Shown here: piece after piece, positions 20,301-28,900 of the stretch
Layout: every line of letters starts with the position of its first letter
Position numbering within the stretch: position 1 is the stretch's first letter
DNA from: Candidatus Marinacidobacterales bacterium
GTDB taxonomy: Bacteria; Acidobacteriota; Vicinamibacteria; Marinacidobacterales; DATDRI01
Assembly: GCA_965226495.1 (NCBI GenBank)
Contig: OZ245365.1
Coordinates: forward strand, 6,144,001-6,208,000
Direction: 5' to 3'
Length of the DNA stretch: 64,000 nucleotides
Notes under the pieces: model-generated
What the model was told of the DNA's origin: nothing
What the model saw: the letters and a program-made list of their open reading frames with translations, nothing else
The model's database searches: none
Position numbers and translations under genes: made by a program

Positions 20301-20573
20301 GATGGAACCGGAGCTGTCGGAGCTCGAGCTCTCCATTTTGACGAGACCCTCGATCGATTTGAGCTGCTCTTCTTGTTCTTCGACGATTTCCCGCTCGATC
20401 TCTTGAGGGCTGGCTCCCGGCCAAAACGTGCTGACGGTGACGTTCGGCTCGTCGACGTCGGGCGTGAGCTGAATGGGGATGCGGAAGAGAGCGATTGCAC
20501 CGAAGAGCACCAAGAACATCACCCCCACCGCGGTCGTTACTGGATAGCGGACGGCTTCGTTGATGATTTTCAT
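17391..20573 (-). CDS. RND efflux transporter permease (AcrB family)
   Basis: 1060 aa, 12-TM layout, WPGASPQEIE, GMVVDNSIVVLEN, RIRPIFM. Confidence 0.95.
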   Translation of the reverse strand: MKIINEAVRYPVTTAVGVMFLVLFGAIALFRIPIQLTPDVDEPNVTVSTFWPGASPQEIEREIVEEQEEQLKSIEGLVKMESSSSDSSGSIVLTFPVGTDLDTAVLRVSNRLQQVPEYPSDADKPVITTVGLEENAVAWFILKKAKENPYQEDISTLYNFVDDYIKPEFERVEGVGQSNFFGGREREMQVVVDPAKLAARRVTFKELGDALEKENRNYSGGDFDEGKRRYVVRTVGEYQSTEDIENIVIALRDGVPIYVRDVGRAELGYRKPRAEVYEWDEKTIAINAIAEPGTNVLQVMEGLQETTDRLNRDLLHPRGLDLWLAYDETEYIDSAIALVRQSLMIGGLLAVAILLLYLRSGTSTLVIGVAIPICIVGTFLMMYLFGRTLNVVSLAGMAFAVGMVVDNSIVVLENIYRHSQMGKPRFTAAYDGAREVWGAVLASTLTTIAVFVPVVFIQEEAGQLFADIAIAISCAVALSLVVSITVIPSLSARILRTAHQEDEDKGFHNLWGGVDRAAGFSHWVGDTVSWINATIKRRLAVVVGLTTVSIGLSFLIMPKAEYLPVGNNNFLFGILLPPPGYTLNEVSELRKVYEEGLRSLWESEPGSPEALAQPGGGVKNFFFVSLHSSVFMGARARDPLRVRELIPEFQRLGFSSPGVIAVVNQASIFQGGFDEGRNIDIDITGPDLERLMQLGGEMFAKAFQVLPGAQGRPIPGLDLDNPEIQVITHRRRAAEMGLSNRELGFAVSALVDGAKASDYQFEGREIDLRVMTEESYEHRTHLLEQLPIATPDGRLVTIGSVAEVVEVNGPVQINHRERERAITLRITPDEQMPLETAMEAVETQIIAPMQEEGKLGGLYRVTLSGSADKLSQTGRALRWNFLLAIVITYLLMAALFESFLYPFVIMFSVPLAALGGFLGLAVVNLFTYQALDVLTMLGFIILVGTVVNNAILIVHQTLNHMREEAMEPRLAIGESVKTRIRPIFMSVSTSVCGMLPLILFPGAGSELYRGLGSVVVGGLVLSTVFTLFLVPALFSLVMDARTYLGAQALRVLKPAQHTSD

Positions 20574-20586
20574 GGCATCATCTTTA

Positions 20587-21669
20587 TTAGGGCAGGGCGT
20601 ACTCTAGCGGCTCGCCTTGCACCCTTTGGCCGGGCTGCAAGCGTTCGTTCCCGCGGGTGACGACCTTTGCACCCGGCTTCAACTCGCTTTGAACCTCGAC
20701 CCAGGCGCCCATTGCGACACCGGTCTCGACGGATACCTGACTCACTGTGCTGTCTTCGTTGATGAGGTAGATGTGGCGCTCTGCTCCCCGTCTGATAACC
20801 GCATCTTTGGGGACGACGGTGGCGGAATAGGACTCGCCGGCGGGAAAGGACACTTTGGCCAGCATCCCCGCGCCCACCTGCCCATCCTTATTGTCAATGC
20901 GAATCTTGAGCGGGAAGGTGCGGGACTGGGCGTTGGCCCTAGGGACAATGGCGCTCACTTTTCCTGTCAATTCGTATCCTGGTAACGATTCGAAGCGGAC
21001 GGTTGCCTCGGCGCCCCGTTTCATGTTGCGGAAGTAACGCTCCGGAATATCGACACGTACTTCGAGATCGTAGAGAGAAATGAGCTCAACGACCGGATCA
21101 CCCTTGTCGATCCATTCTCCGACCTCGCACCGCTCGGCGACGACGACTCCCGCGAAGGGCGCCCGCACGGCCGAACGCTCGATGTCGAGCTTGATGCGGG
21201 CAATCATGGCTTGGAGTCGGTCCGTCCGCCCCCGCCATGCATCGTATTCAGACATGGCTTCGTCGAGCTGTCGCATGGAGAGGACTTCGGAGTTGAAGAG
21301 ATCCTTGGACCGATCCAGATTACTCTCCGCTTGCGTCAGGCGGGCCTCGGCCTCGCGGAGCTCGGCCTTCGCGGCTTCGAGCTGAAGCTCGAGCTGATCG
21401 CTTCGGAGCCTGGCAATGGTCTCACCTTTGCGCACCGTTTGTCCTTCCCGTGCAGCAAGGTCAACGACGAGGCCGGCTACTTCGCTCGCCACCAGGCTTT
21501 CGGTACGCGACTCGACCGAGCCGGGGAGCTCGATCAGGCGATGGATCGGAAGCTCCTTGGCTTCCGTGTAGCGGACAGGGCTGGCCGGCCACTCTTGAGC
21601 GGCTACGGAGAGCGGATGAGACAGCACGATGCCTACGAGCGCCGACAAGGCAAGAGCACGGAAAGTCAT
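20587..21669 (-). CDS. RND membrane fusion (periplasmic adaptor) protein
   Basis: Signal peptide, lipoyl halves (EGQTVRKGE; VRAPFAGVV), alpha hairpin; directly upstream of the permease. Confidence 0.93.
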   Translation of the reverse strand: MTFRALALSALVGIVLSHPLSVAAQEWPASPVRYTEAKELPIHRLIELPGSVESRTESLVASEVAGLVVDLAAREGQTVRKGETIARLRSDQLELQLEAAKAELREAEARLTQAESNLDRSKDLFNSEVLSMRQLDEAMSEYDAWRGRTDRLQAMIARIKLDIERSAVRAPFAGVVVAERCEVGEWIDKGDPVVELISLYDLEVRVDIPERYFRNMKRGAEATVRFESLPGYELTGKVSAIVPRANAQSRTFPLKIRIDNKDGQVGAGMLAKVSFPAGESYSATVVPKDAVIRRGAERHIYLINEDSTVSQVSVETGVAMGAWVEVQSELKPGAKVVTRGNERLQPGQRVQGEPLEYALP

Positions 21670-21933
21670 GGGGTTTTCTTTACGAACGGAGCGTTGAATT
21701 CGTCCTGGGCTGACTCAGCCTTTTGAACCCACTATCGTATCTTGAAACTGTGTGCAGTCCAAACTATACCGCGAGGGTTCATGGGAGGAGATGGCGTTTC
21801 CGGGGATTGTAGTGAATTTCCCATACAGTTTCGGGGGGTTTTCCGTGTGATTTTGCCCATTTCATAGAGAGCAACTATCTGAAAAACTGACCGCGTAATC
21901 GAGATTCCCCACAGCCCGGACGAGCGACGGGGA

Positions 21934-21956
21934 GTCCGGGGACCCCAACCCCGGAC
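21934..21956. repeat. GC hairpin related to the GGGGTGGGGCCCC repeat family
   Basis: GTCCGGGG-ACCCCAA-CCCCGGAC; the reverse strand resembles the hairpins at 49265 and in the 63.6-kb array. Confidence 0.4.
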
Positions 21957-21977
21957 ATGTTTCACGGGAGGTGCTCC

Positions 21978-23030
21978 ATGAAATCGGTCCGAAACGACTT
22001 TTCGATGACCGACCACGGATTCACTCTGGTGGAAGTGATGATCGCGCTCTTGCTCACGGTGAGCGTGATGGCGTCTGTTTTTGGTCTGCTGCAACGTGGT
22101 CAAGCAAGCTTCCGACGTGAGCCCGAGATCAGCGATATGAACCACAACACCCGCTCGGGGGTGGACAGTATCAGCCGTGACCTGCTCATGGCAGGCTACA
22201 AGACGCCGGCACAGTCGGCGGTCCTCTGGACTGACGGTGGCGCGATCGCCCCAGACGAGATAACCATCATCTTCGCCGATCCCGACGTCCCGACCTCGGA
22301 GCCGCTGAAGTGCGGCGTGGCGGGAGCCGGTGGAGGTGGCGGTCCCTGCAACACCATCGACCAATCCTCTACGCTCAACATCGATCCGGGTACGCTCGAT
22401 CCCTATCAGACGTACGCGGAGAATGCGTATTCCGAAGGGATGATCCTCTTCGCGCTCGAGACCGGGGACTGCAACGGGGATAGTGAGTATGGGATTTATC
22501 CCTTCGAGGTTAGCCTCCCGCCGACGATGACCAGCGCCGGGGGCGCGCCTACTCTGAAGATCACCCACAATCCCGGCCAGACCGCCACGGGCATGAACCT
22601 GCCCGGAGGGTTCAATAGTGAGGTGCATCCGGACTGCGCGGTCATCGGAAGGTTCAAAGTGATTCAGTATCGTGTCAGCCCGCTGCCGCCGTCGGCCAAC
22701 CCGACACTCGAGCGCCGCGACCTCAGCAACGGAGAACCCTGGATTCCAGTGGCTATTAACATCGAGAACTTGCAATTACAGTACGCGTTGGGGAGTTCGA
22801 CGAATTTCGTGGACGCGCCTGCGGTACCCAATCCGGACGACCCGAACAGTTGGATTACCAAGGTGCGACTATCTGTCGTGGGACGGAGCGAAAGCACCAA
22901 CCTTCGGGGAGCGTCGGAGGGCGTTTTCGCGGCCGAGGACACGCACATTCGAAAGACCTTCGCTACGACCGTCAGCCTGCGCAACATGGCGTTGGCCGCG
23001 AACCAAATTGGCGCCCAGTACTACAACTAA
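21978..23030 (+). CDS. Type IV minor pilin, PilW-like (prepilin N-terminal methylation motif)
   Basis: G|FTLVEVMIALLL class III signal, DLLMAGY, IENLQLQY, C-terminal TTVSLRN; GGAGGT RBS. Confidence 0.85.
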   Translation: MKSVRNDFSMTDHGFTLVEVMIALLLTVSVMASVFGLLQRGQASFRREPEISDMNHNTRSGVDSISRDLLMAGYKTPAQSAVLWTDGGAIAPDEITIIFADPDVPTSEPLKCGVAGAGGGGGPCNTIDQSSTLNIDPGTLDPYQTYAENAYSEGMILFALETGDCNGDSEYGIYPFEVSLPPTMTSAGGAPTLKITHNPGQTATGMNLPGGFNSEVHPDCAVIGRFKVIQYRVSPLPPSANPTLERRDLSNGEPWIPVAINIENLQLQYALGSSTNFVDAPAVPNPDDPNSWITKVRLSVVGRSESTNLRGASEGVFAAEDTHIRKTFATTVSLRNMALAANQIGAQYYN

Positions 23031-23046
23031 TTCAGACCGCCGGTTA

Positions 23047-23110
23047 AGGAGGAGGGCTCCCGGGATTTCCCGCCCAATCTGTTACGGGTAACCCTCCTCC
23101 GGTTTTTCTT
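23047..23110 (+). terminator. Possible intrinsic terminator after the pilin gene
   Basis: GGAGGAGGG...CCCTCCTCC inverted repeat followed by GGTTTTTCTT; the loop is long. Confidence 0.35.
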
Positions 23111-23162
23111 GAGGGCGGATTCTGCGGGGAGACAAGGCGGAGTAGCCCGGGTGGAAGCTGGT

Positions 23163-23250
23163 TGGTGCCGGAGAAGGGAGTCGAACCCTTACAGAGCTAA
23201 GCCCCGCGGGATTTTGAATCCCGTGCGTCTACCAGTTCCGCCACTCCGGC
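23163..23250 (-). tRNA. tRNA-Leu(CAA)
   Basis: Reverse complement GCCGGAGTGGCGGAACTGGTAGACGCA-CGGGA-TTCAAAA-TCCCG..., long variable arm, GGTTCGACTCC T-arm, encoded CCA. Confidence 0.96.
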
Positions 23251-23687
23251 TATCCCGACCGAGCATTCGGCGTAGGAGATGGGGCCGGAGCAGAGTCTAC
23301 CACGGAATCTTCTTTCGCCCCGCACACGGGTGACCCTGTTTTATGACGAACAAAAAAAGAAAATACAAAAATGGCCTTAAGAGATCGCCTCGGGGCCCGG
23401 GGAGTGGCGAGCTGCAGATTTATACACATTTTAACCCATTGACTGTTTTGTAGTTATAGACCAAGAAACCTTGTTGTTTCATTTCACCACCCGTCTTAAT
23501 AAGGGGCATTTCTTTTGGAACCTAGAAATAGTAGGTAATGATTGATTTTAGCCTTATGTTTGTCTTTGGCCCGGCAGAGTCCCTCTAAACTAACAAGAAG
23601 AAAAGACTTCTAGGCACAATAATTGGTTGCTATTCCCGCCTGGATATGATAAACTTGCCGCACTTTTTATTAGAAAGTGAGGTGTTA

Positions 23688-24365
23688 ATGGCCTTTCAAA
23701 TCGGGGACAAGGTCGTATATCCCAATCATGGGATTGGCGTTGTTGAGGACATTCTTGACCCAGCGAAAAACTCACCTTTTTACAAACTTCGCATTCTCTC
23801 GAACGCCACCAAAGTCATGGTGCCGGTGGCAAATGTAGATGGTGTTGGGTTGAGGAGGGTCATCAGTAACCGGGATGTCGACCGCATTTTCGATCAGCTC
23901 GAGAACAAAAGGGTCGACCAGCACGCCAACTGGAAGGGGCGCTACAAAGATAACTCCGACAAGATGCGGAGTGGCTCCATCTACGATGTGGCAGGGGTTC
24001 TGAAGAGCCTCTCGTTTTTGAGCAAACGCAAAAGCCTTTCGTTTCGCGAGAAGAGGATGCTCGATCGAGCTCGGTTCCTCATCGTGAGCGAAGTAGCCGA
24101 GGTTGCCGGCGAGTCGCAGGATCTCGTCGAGACCAAGATCGACCTGGCTCTGTCCCGCGGGATGGATTCCAAGAGGAAGGGCCGGATCAGCTTGAAGACC
24201 CTGCTCCGAAAAACAACCCTTGCGGCGGCGAAGGCTGAGGGAACCTATGTCGCCAAACCCAAGTCCACCCGGACGCCCAAGAGTCGGGCGAGCGGTACCG
24301 GACAAACCAAAGGCAAGGTACGTCCACGGAGTCCGATCTCGATTTCCATTAATCGCTTTTGCTAA
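23688..24365 (+). CDS. carD: CarD/CdnL-family RNA polymerase-binding regulator with basic C-terminal extension
   Basis: FQIGDKVVYPNHGIG, VMVPV, GLRRVI, NWKGRY, LSFREKRMLDRA; K/R-rich tail; GAGGTG RBS. Confidence 0.88.
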   Translation: MAFQIGDKVVYPNHGIGVVEDILDPAKNSPFYKLRILSNATKVMVPVANVDGVGLRRVISNRDVDRIFDQLENKRVDQHANWKGRYKDNSDKMRSGSIYDVAGVLKSLSFLSKRKSLSFREKRMLDRARFLIVSEVAEVAGESQDLVETKIDLALSRGMDSKRKGRISLKTLLRKTTLAAAKAEGTYVAKPKSTRTPKSRASGTGQTKGKVRPRSPISISINRFC

Positions 24366-24382
24366 TCACCTGAATGACGATT

Positions 24383-24430
24383 ACCTCCCGGCTCCCCGAT
24401 GTTAAAGATGGGAGGCCGGGAGGTTTTTTT
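24383..24430 (+). terminator. Rho-independent terminator after carD
   Basis: ACCTCCCGGCTCCC...GGGAGGCCGGGAGGT followed by a T run. Confidence 0.8.
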
Positions 24431-24513
24431 GTCTACCGTACCGATTGCAAAGTTCACAAGACTGTTCTATATAGTGGATAAAGAATAACCGCGTGCCGGT
24501 TAGGAGGTATCTC

Positions 24514-24888
24514 ATGCGACAATTTGCCAAGCCCCTCGCTCTTACCCTGATGCTCCTCTTCTGCGCTGTTGCTACGGCACAAGATGCGAACGTCCTCTTC
24601 AAGGGCAACGTTCGTCTCCCTCGCGACGTCGACTTCGGCGATCACACGCTAGCTCGAGGGAGCTACCAACTCGCTCTTACCGAGGCGGAAGGCGAGGCCT
24701 GGTTCTTGCTCAGCAAATCGGGCAAGGAAGTATCCAAGGACATCGCCATTGAATGGCCTGCCAAGGAGCTCCCCACCCAGGGCATGCAGTCAGAGATTCT
24801 CCCTGGCGATAGTGGCAGTGAGTATTTCAGAGTGAGAGTGCGGAAGGGCGACTCTGTTTACTTCATCCACTACCTGATCGAAGCCTGA
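24514..24888 (+). CDS. Small exported hypothetical protein
   Basis: AGGAGG RBS, signal peptide ending ATA-Q, beta-rich mature region. Confidence 0.65.
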   Translation: MRQFAKPLALTLMLLFCAVATAQDANVLFKGNVRLPRDVDFGDHTLARGSYQLALTEAEGEAWFLLSKSGKEVSKDIAIEWPAKELPTQGMQSEILPGDSGSEYFRVRVRKGDSVYFIHYLIEA

Positions 24889-24995
24889 GTCGGCCAAAGA
24901 GCCTGCCCAAGCACTGCGCATCTCGGGTGTGACCGTCTGAGTGGAGCCGTGCCCGTTCGAACCGAGGTATACCGTCTGGTGACTTCGTCGATCCT

Positions 24996-25709
24996 ATGCT
25001 CCGGTCGCTGATCCTGCTGGCCGTCCTTCCGGTATACACGCTCCTCGCGGGCGTGATTGCAATCCCTGTCGCCGCCCTCACGGGCTCGAGCTTCCTTCTC
25101 TACAGTTTGGGGCGGCTTGGCGTCCGGATCGGGTTCTTTCTCGCGGGGATTCGTTTGGTCGTTCGCGGCCAAGAGAGACTGCCCGGAAACCCCCACTTTA
25201 TCTACATGATGAACCACTCCAGCAATCTCGACGTTCCGGCGGTTTTCCTCGTCCTTCCCGGGGAGGTCCGGGCGCTCGGAAAAAAGGAGCTTTTCAAGCT
25301 GCCGGTGCTCGCCACCGCCATGAGGATGGGCGGATTTATTCCCATCGATCGCAGCAATCGCGAGAAGGCCGTCGAGAGTATGCGGTTGGCGGGCCGAATC
25401 GCGCGTGATGGGGCATCGTTTCTCCTGGCACCCGAAGGAACCCGGAGCCGAACCGGTGAACTTCTCCCCTTCAAAAAGGGGGGGTTCTATCTCGCCATCG
25501 ACTCCGAGGTCCCAATAGTACCCATTACGGTGAGCGGAGCGTACGAGCTCATGCCGCCGGGGACCTTCGCGATTCGCCCCGGTACCATCGACATCTTCTT
25601 TCACGACCCCGTGCCCACTGCGGGACTCAACCGCAAGGATCGGCAAAGGTTGGCGGAAGAGGTGCGGAGGCAGATCGGGGAGCAGTTGGCCGCCGGGGTT
25701 GGCGTTTAA
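24996..25709 (+). CDS. plsC: 1-acyl-sn-glycerol-3-phosphate acyltransferase
   Basis: NHSSNLD (HX4D), FIPIDR, PEGTRS, FKKG motifs. Confidence 0.9.
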   Translation: MLRSLILLAVLPVYTLLAGVIAIPVAALTGSSFLLYSLGRLGVRIGFFLAGIRLVVRGQERLPGNPHFIYMMNHSSNLDVPAVFLVLPGEVRALGKKELFKLPVLATAMRMGGFIPIDRSNREKAVESMRLAGRIARDGASFLLAPEGTRSRTGELLPFKKGGFYLAIDSEVPIVPITVSGAYELMPPGTFAIRPGTIDIFFHDPVPTAGLNRKDRQRLAEEVRRQIGEQLAAGVGV

Positions 25710-25786
25710 CCCTATGCCACCAAGTGGGTTATAATGCCTTAAACAGTCTATTCTCGATCGCTTGGGTTACCTCCAGAAAATTATCT

Positions 25787-27115
25787 ATGCGAGTCCGCGC
25801 AGAAATCCCTCTTCAGGGGGAGTTCGAGAGTTCGACCGCAGACTACGATCTGCCCGATATCCTCCTAGCCGTCTGTGGGACGAAAGGGACGGGTCTATTG
25901 ACCTTTTCCAATTCGCAGGCAGAAAAGACTTTGTTCGTTCGGGACGGCAGTTTTATTTTCGCCAAGTCCTCTGCCATCGATGATCGCCTGGGCGAGTATT
26001 TGCTGCGGAGTGGGCGCGTCGGACTCAAGGATATCGAAGGCGCTAGCAAACTAGTCAAGCCGGGCAAGCGGCTTGGCGCGCTGCTGGTCGAGAGCGGAGT
26101 CTTGGATCCGAAGGAGCTCGTTCAGTCGGTTGTCGGCCAGGTGCGCTCCATCATCTTGAGTCTTTTCAAATGGACCCAGGCGCGATACGAGTTCGTTGTT
26201 CAAGACCTGCCGAGCAAGGAGACGATCACCTTGGATATGCCCACCCCCCAGCTCATCGTGGACGGAATCCGTGGGATCGATAGTTGGTGGCGCATCTCGA
26301 GGGGCATCGGCGATCTGGACTCCACGTACCAGGCAGTTTCCGGGACCGAAGCATCTTTTCGTTCCGTCGAGCTGGAAACTCCGGCGCTCGAGCTCCTCGG
26401 CATGCTCAGCCGGCCCAAGCGCGTGACGGAAGCTTGCACCGATTCGTCGCTCAAAGAGTTGGATGTGTGCAAGATATTGTGGGCGTTTCGGTCGTTGGGT
26501 TGGGTCGGGACGGTCGAGGACGACGGCACTTCGTTGCTGGATCAGTGGGACCTGACCGAAGACGCTCCCTCCCAAGCGGAGTCTCCGCAGGAAACGCCAG
26601 CAGATCCGGTGAGTCCGGTGAGTCCGGAGGGCCCGGGGCCAGCGGGCCCGGAGGGTCCGTGGAATGACGCTGAGCCCGCTCCCCTTCCTGCGATGGCCGC
26701 GACGGTCGAGCCGATCGTGGAAACGATGCCAGAGAACGAGGTCGACGGGGCTCCGAGCTTCGATAGCCACCCCGCGTTCCCCCAAGTCGGCGATCAGACT
26801 GTCGCGATCCCGTCACCGGAGCCGGGTTTGGCGTCGATTCAGGTGGAGCCGATCGTACCCTCGGACGCCGTCGAGGAGGCTCCGCCGACGGGGCCCATTG
26901 AGTCTACGGGGCTCGCCGGGACGGCTGGTCAGGACGAGCCACTCGAGCCGGTCCAGCAGCCGGTGGGGGCTGACGACCCTATTCCGGGGTTGGGCCCGGA
27001 GACCGAGAAACCCGTGCCTGAGGCCAAAACGCCGGCCATGGTGGAGACTGACATGGATATGGATCTGGACATGGATGGTTTAGGGGAGGTCCTAAGAGGA
27101 GGGGAGTCTGAGTAG
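25787..27115 (+). CDS. DUF4388 (PATAN-like) protein with tandem MshEN-like RLG motifs and a long acidic Pro-rich tail
   Basis: LQGEF...DLPDIL...TGLLTF...LFVRDG N-terminus; RLGEYLLRSG and RLGALLVESG...Q; disordered E/P tail. Start uncertain. Confidence 0.75.
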   Translation: MRVRAEIPLQGEFESSTADYDLPDILLAVCGTKGTGLLTFSNSQAEKTLFVRDGSFIFAKSSAIDDRLGEYLLRSGRVGLKDIEGASKLVKPGKRLGALLVESGVLDPKELVQSVVGQVRSIILSLFKWTQARYEFVVQDLPSKETITLDMPTPQLIVDGIRGIDSWWRISRGIGDLDSTYQAVSGTEASFRSVELETPALELLGMLSRPKRVTEACTDSSLKELDVCKILWAFRSLGWVGTVEDDGTSLLDQWDLTEDAPSQAESPQETPADPVSPVSPEGPGPAGPEGPWNDAEPAPLPAMAATVEPIVETMPENEVDGAPSFDSHPAFPQVGDQTVAIPSPEPGLASIQVEPIVPSDAVEEAPPTGPIESTGLAGTAGQDEPLEPVQQPVGADDPIPGLGPETEKPVPEAKTPAMVETDMDMDLDMDGLGEVLRGGESE

Positions 27116-27158
27116 CCGCCTGGCACGTCTGGCGAAAGCAACTTCCTCGTTTGGCGGC
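27116..27158 (+). repeat. Dispersed ~43-45 bp intergenic motif (copy 1)
   Basis: CCGCCTGGC-N12-GCAAC-N6-GTTTGGCGGCC; related to copies at 49088 and 60620-60770. Confidence 0.45.
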
Positions 27159-27246
27159 CAGCAGTGGGGTCTGCGGCCCTAGCCGCAGACTCCCCGAAAA
27201 GTCTACCACGACGCTCTTCGCTCCTCGTGCGGCCCGCCGCATCGCG

Positions 27247-27276
27247 TTGACACAACACGGTTACGCCTGCTACCAT
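27247..27276 (+). promoter_or_regulatory. sigma70-type promoter for EAL gene 1
   Basis: TTGACA-N18-TACCAT with TG preceding the -10 box. Confidence 0.6.
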
Positions 27277-27312
27277 GAAAAAAGGCGCGTCTAGTTTCTT
27301 CTTAGAGGCAAA

Positions 27313-28644
27313 ATGGATCCCATTGTTCCCCCCCTCGCTGCAAGTCCCGGTGCCCCAGAGGCACAGGCACCCGCGGAGGATCTATCTTTCAGTGCGACAG
27401 CAAGCCGGCTACCTACCTACCGGGACCACCTCGAAGAGCTCAAGAAACGGCTGGCCGACTCTGGTTTCCTAGCCCTCCTGCTGATCGACGTCTCCGACAT
27501 CAACAAGATCGAGCGAGACTACGGCAGCAGCGTCTACGACGGCCTCATGAAATTGGTGCGCGATGTCGTGTTCGAGCTCAAGGGAAAGCAGCTTCGCTCC
27601 GGCGACGTCGTGGCGTTGAACGAGAAGGCAGGAGATGTATTCCTTATCTTCCTCATGCCACGTAATGCACAGGAGCTCTTGTTGGCGGAGGATCTCGAGA
27701 AGATCGGCAGCCGTATCCAAGCTTTTCTGACGCGCAAGATCTCGAAGACCGCCTTACCGTACCTGCACCACCGCCCAGAGATTAGCGTGGGCACATCCCT
27801 TGCGCTCCGTAACCCGCTGATTCGGGAGGAGCGTCTCATCCTCAGAGCCATCGAGGAGTCTCGTCACGCCGCTCACGTCAACCGGCAGCGGCGCCAACTG
27901 GCGAACAAGCAGCTTCTGCAGCGGATCATTCTCAAAGGGCAGATCGACACCGTCTTCCAGCCTATCGTCGACATACGAACCGGCCGGCCGCATGGGTTCG
28001 AAGCGCTTGCCCGTGGACCAAAGGGAACGCCACTCGAAACGCCGATGTCGCTCTTCGACGTGGCCACCAAGACCGACCTGCTCTTCGAGCTCGATCATCT
28101 TTGCCGGCGCCAGGCGCTTAAGGCGGGTGGCAATCTGGAACGGCAATACAAGCTGTTCATCAACACCTTGCCCTTTTCGGTGCGCGATCCGAGCTTTCAG
28201 GGTAAGTACTTGATCGACCTTTTCGAAGGAACGGATTTGGCTCCTGAGCAAATCGTGCTCGAAGTGACGGAGCGCCTGGCCATTGAGAACTACGCCTTAT
28301 TCGTAGACGCGATGAAGTATTTCTCGGACATGCGGTGCCTCATCGCCATCGATGACATGGGGGCCGGCTATTCCGGGCTCGAGAAGATCGTGCATCTCCG
28401 ACCCAACTACGTGAAGCTGGACATGTACATGGTGCGCGATATCGACACCAGCTTCGTCAAGCAGCAAATGCTACACGCCTTCCGTGTCATGGCGGAGAAG
28501 ATTGATGCTCGTCTCATCGCCGAGGGTGTCGAGACCCGCGAGGAGCTCGAGACCGTTCGCGAGATAGGCGTCCACTACGTCCAGGGCCACCTTCTGGCCA
28601 AACCTTCGGCCGCCTTTCAACTCACTCCCAATATCAAGCTCTAA
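27313..28644 (+). CDS. Degenerate-GGDEF + EAL c-di-GMP phosphodiesterase (paralog 1)
   Basis: FQPIV, EALARG, FIN, EVTE, DDMGAGYS, KLD, AEGVE, QG. The GGDEF position reads AGDVF. Confidence 0.88.
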   Translation: MDPIVPPLAASPGAPEAQAPAEDLSFSATASRLPTYRDHLEELKKRLADSGFLALLLIDVSDINKIERDYGSSVYDGLMKLVRDVVFELKGKQLRSGDVVALNEKAGDVFLIFLMPRNAQELLLAEDLEKIGSRIQAFLTRKISKTALPYLHHRPEISVGTSLALRNPLIREERLILRAIEESRHAAHVNRQRRQLANKQLLQRIILKGQIDTVFQPIVDIRTGRPHGFEALARGPKGTPLETPMSLFDVATKTDLLFELDHLCRRQALKAGGNLERQYKLFINTLPFSVRDPSFQGKYLIDLFEGTDLAPEQIVLEVTERLAIENYALFVDAMKYFSDMRCLIAIDDMGAGYSGLEKIVHLRPNYVKLDMYMVRDIDTSFVKQQMLHAFRVMAEKIDARLIAEGVETREELETVREIGVHYVQGHLLAKPSAAFQLTPNIKL

Positions 28645-28811
28645 GAGTCCCGGTTTTACGGGTTCTTGGAGTGCTAGACTCATCATTTTCTATTTTTGTT
28701 TGCTGTTATATCAGGATGACACGATTAGCGGCCGAATCAATACGATTCTGCAATTTTAATCAGTTAAATAGGCCAAAACAGGATCCACAATGCTAATTGT
28801 GCGAAATTGTG

Positions 28812-28840
28812 TTGACAATGGGCCGGCCGCTGTGTACTCT
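28812..28840 (+). promoter_or_regulatory. sigma70-type promoter of glnA
   Basis: TTGACA-N17-TACTCT in an AT-rich intergenic region. Confidence 0.7.
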
Positions 28841-28900
28841 TACCGCTGGGGAGTGTATAACCCCTTCTTTTTTCACCCACAACCGAAAGGAGAAAATCAT

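Noticed and set aside
9774-22775. Long antisense ORFs (9774-10757, 19680-20660, 21732-22775 and similar)
   Set aside because: These are shadow frames of well-supported genes in GC-rich DNA, with no recognisable motifs.
23109-23333. 74-aa ORF
   Set aside because: It is an antisense translation of tRNA-Leu.
21700-23700. Integrated element at tRNA-Leu
   Set aside because: No integrase and no duplicated tRNA 3' end were seen. The AT-rich stretch is explained by divergent promoters.
27119-27136. sigma54 site at CTGGCACG
   Set aside because: No GC at the required GG-N10 spacing.
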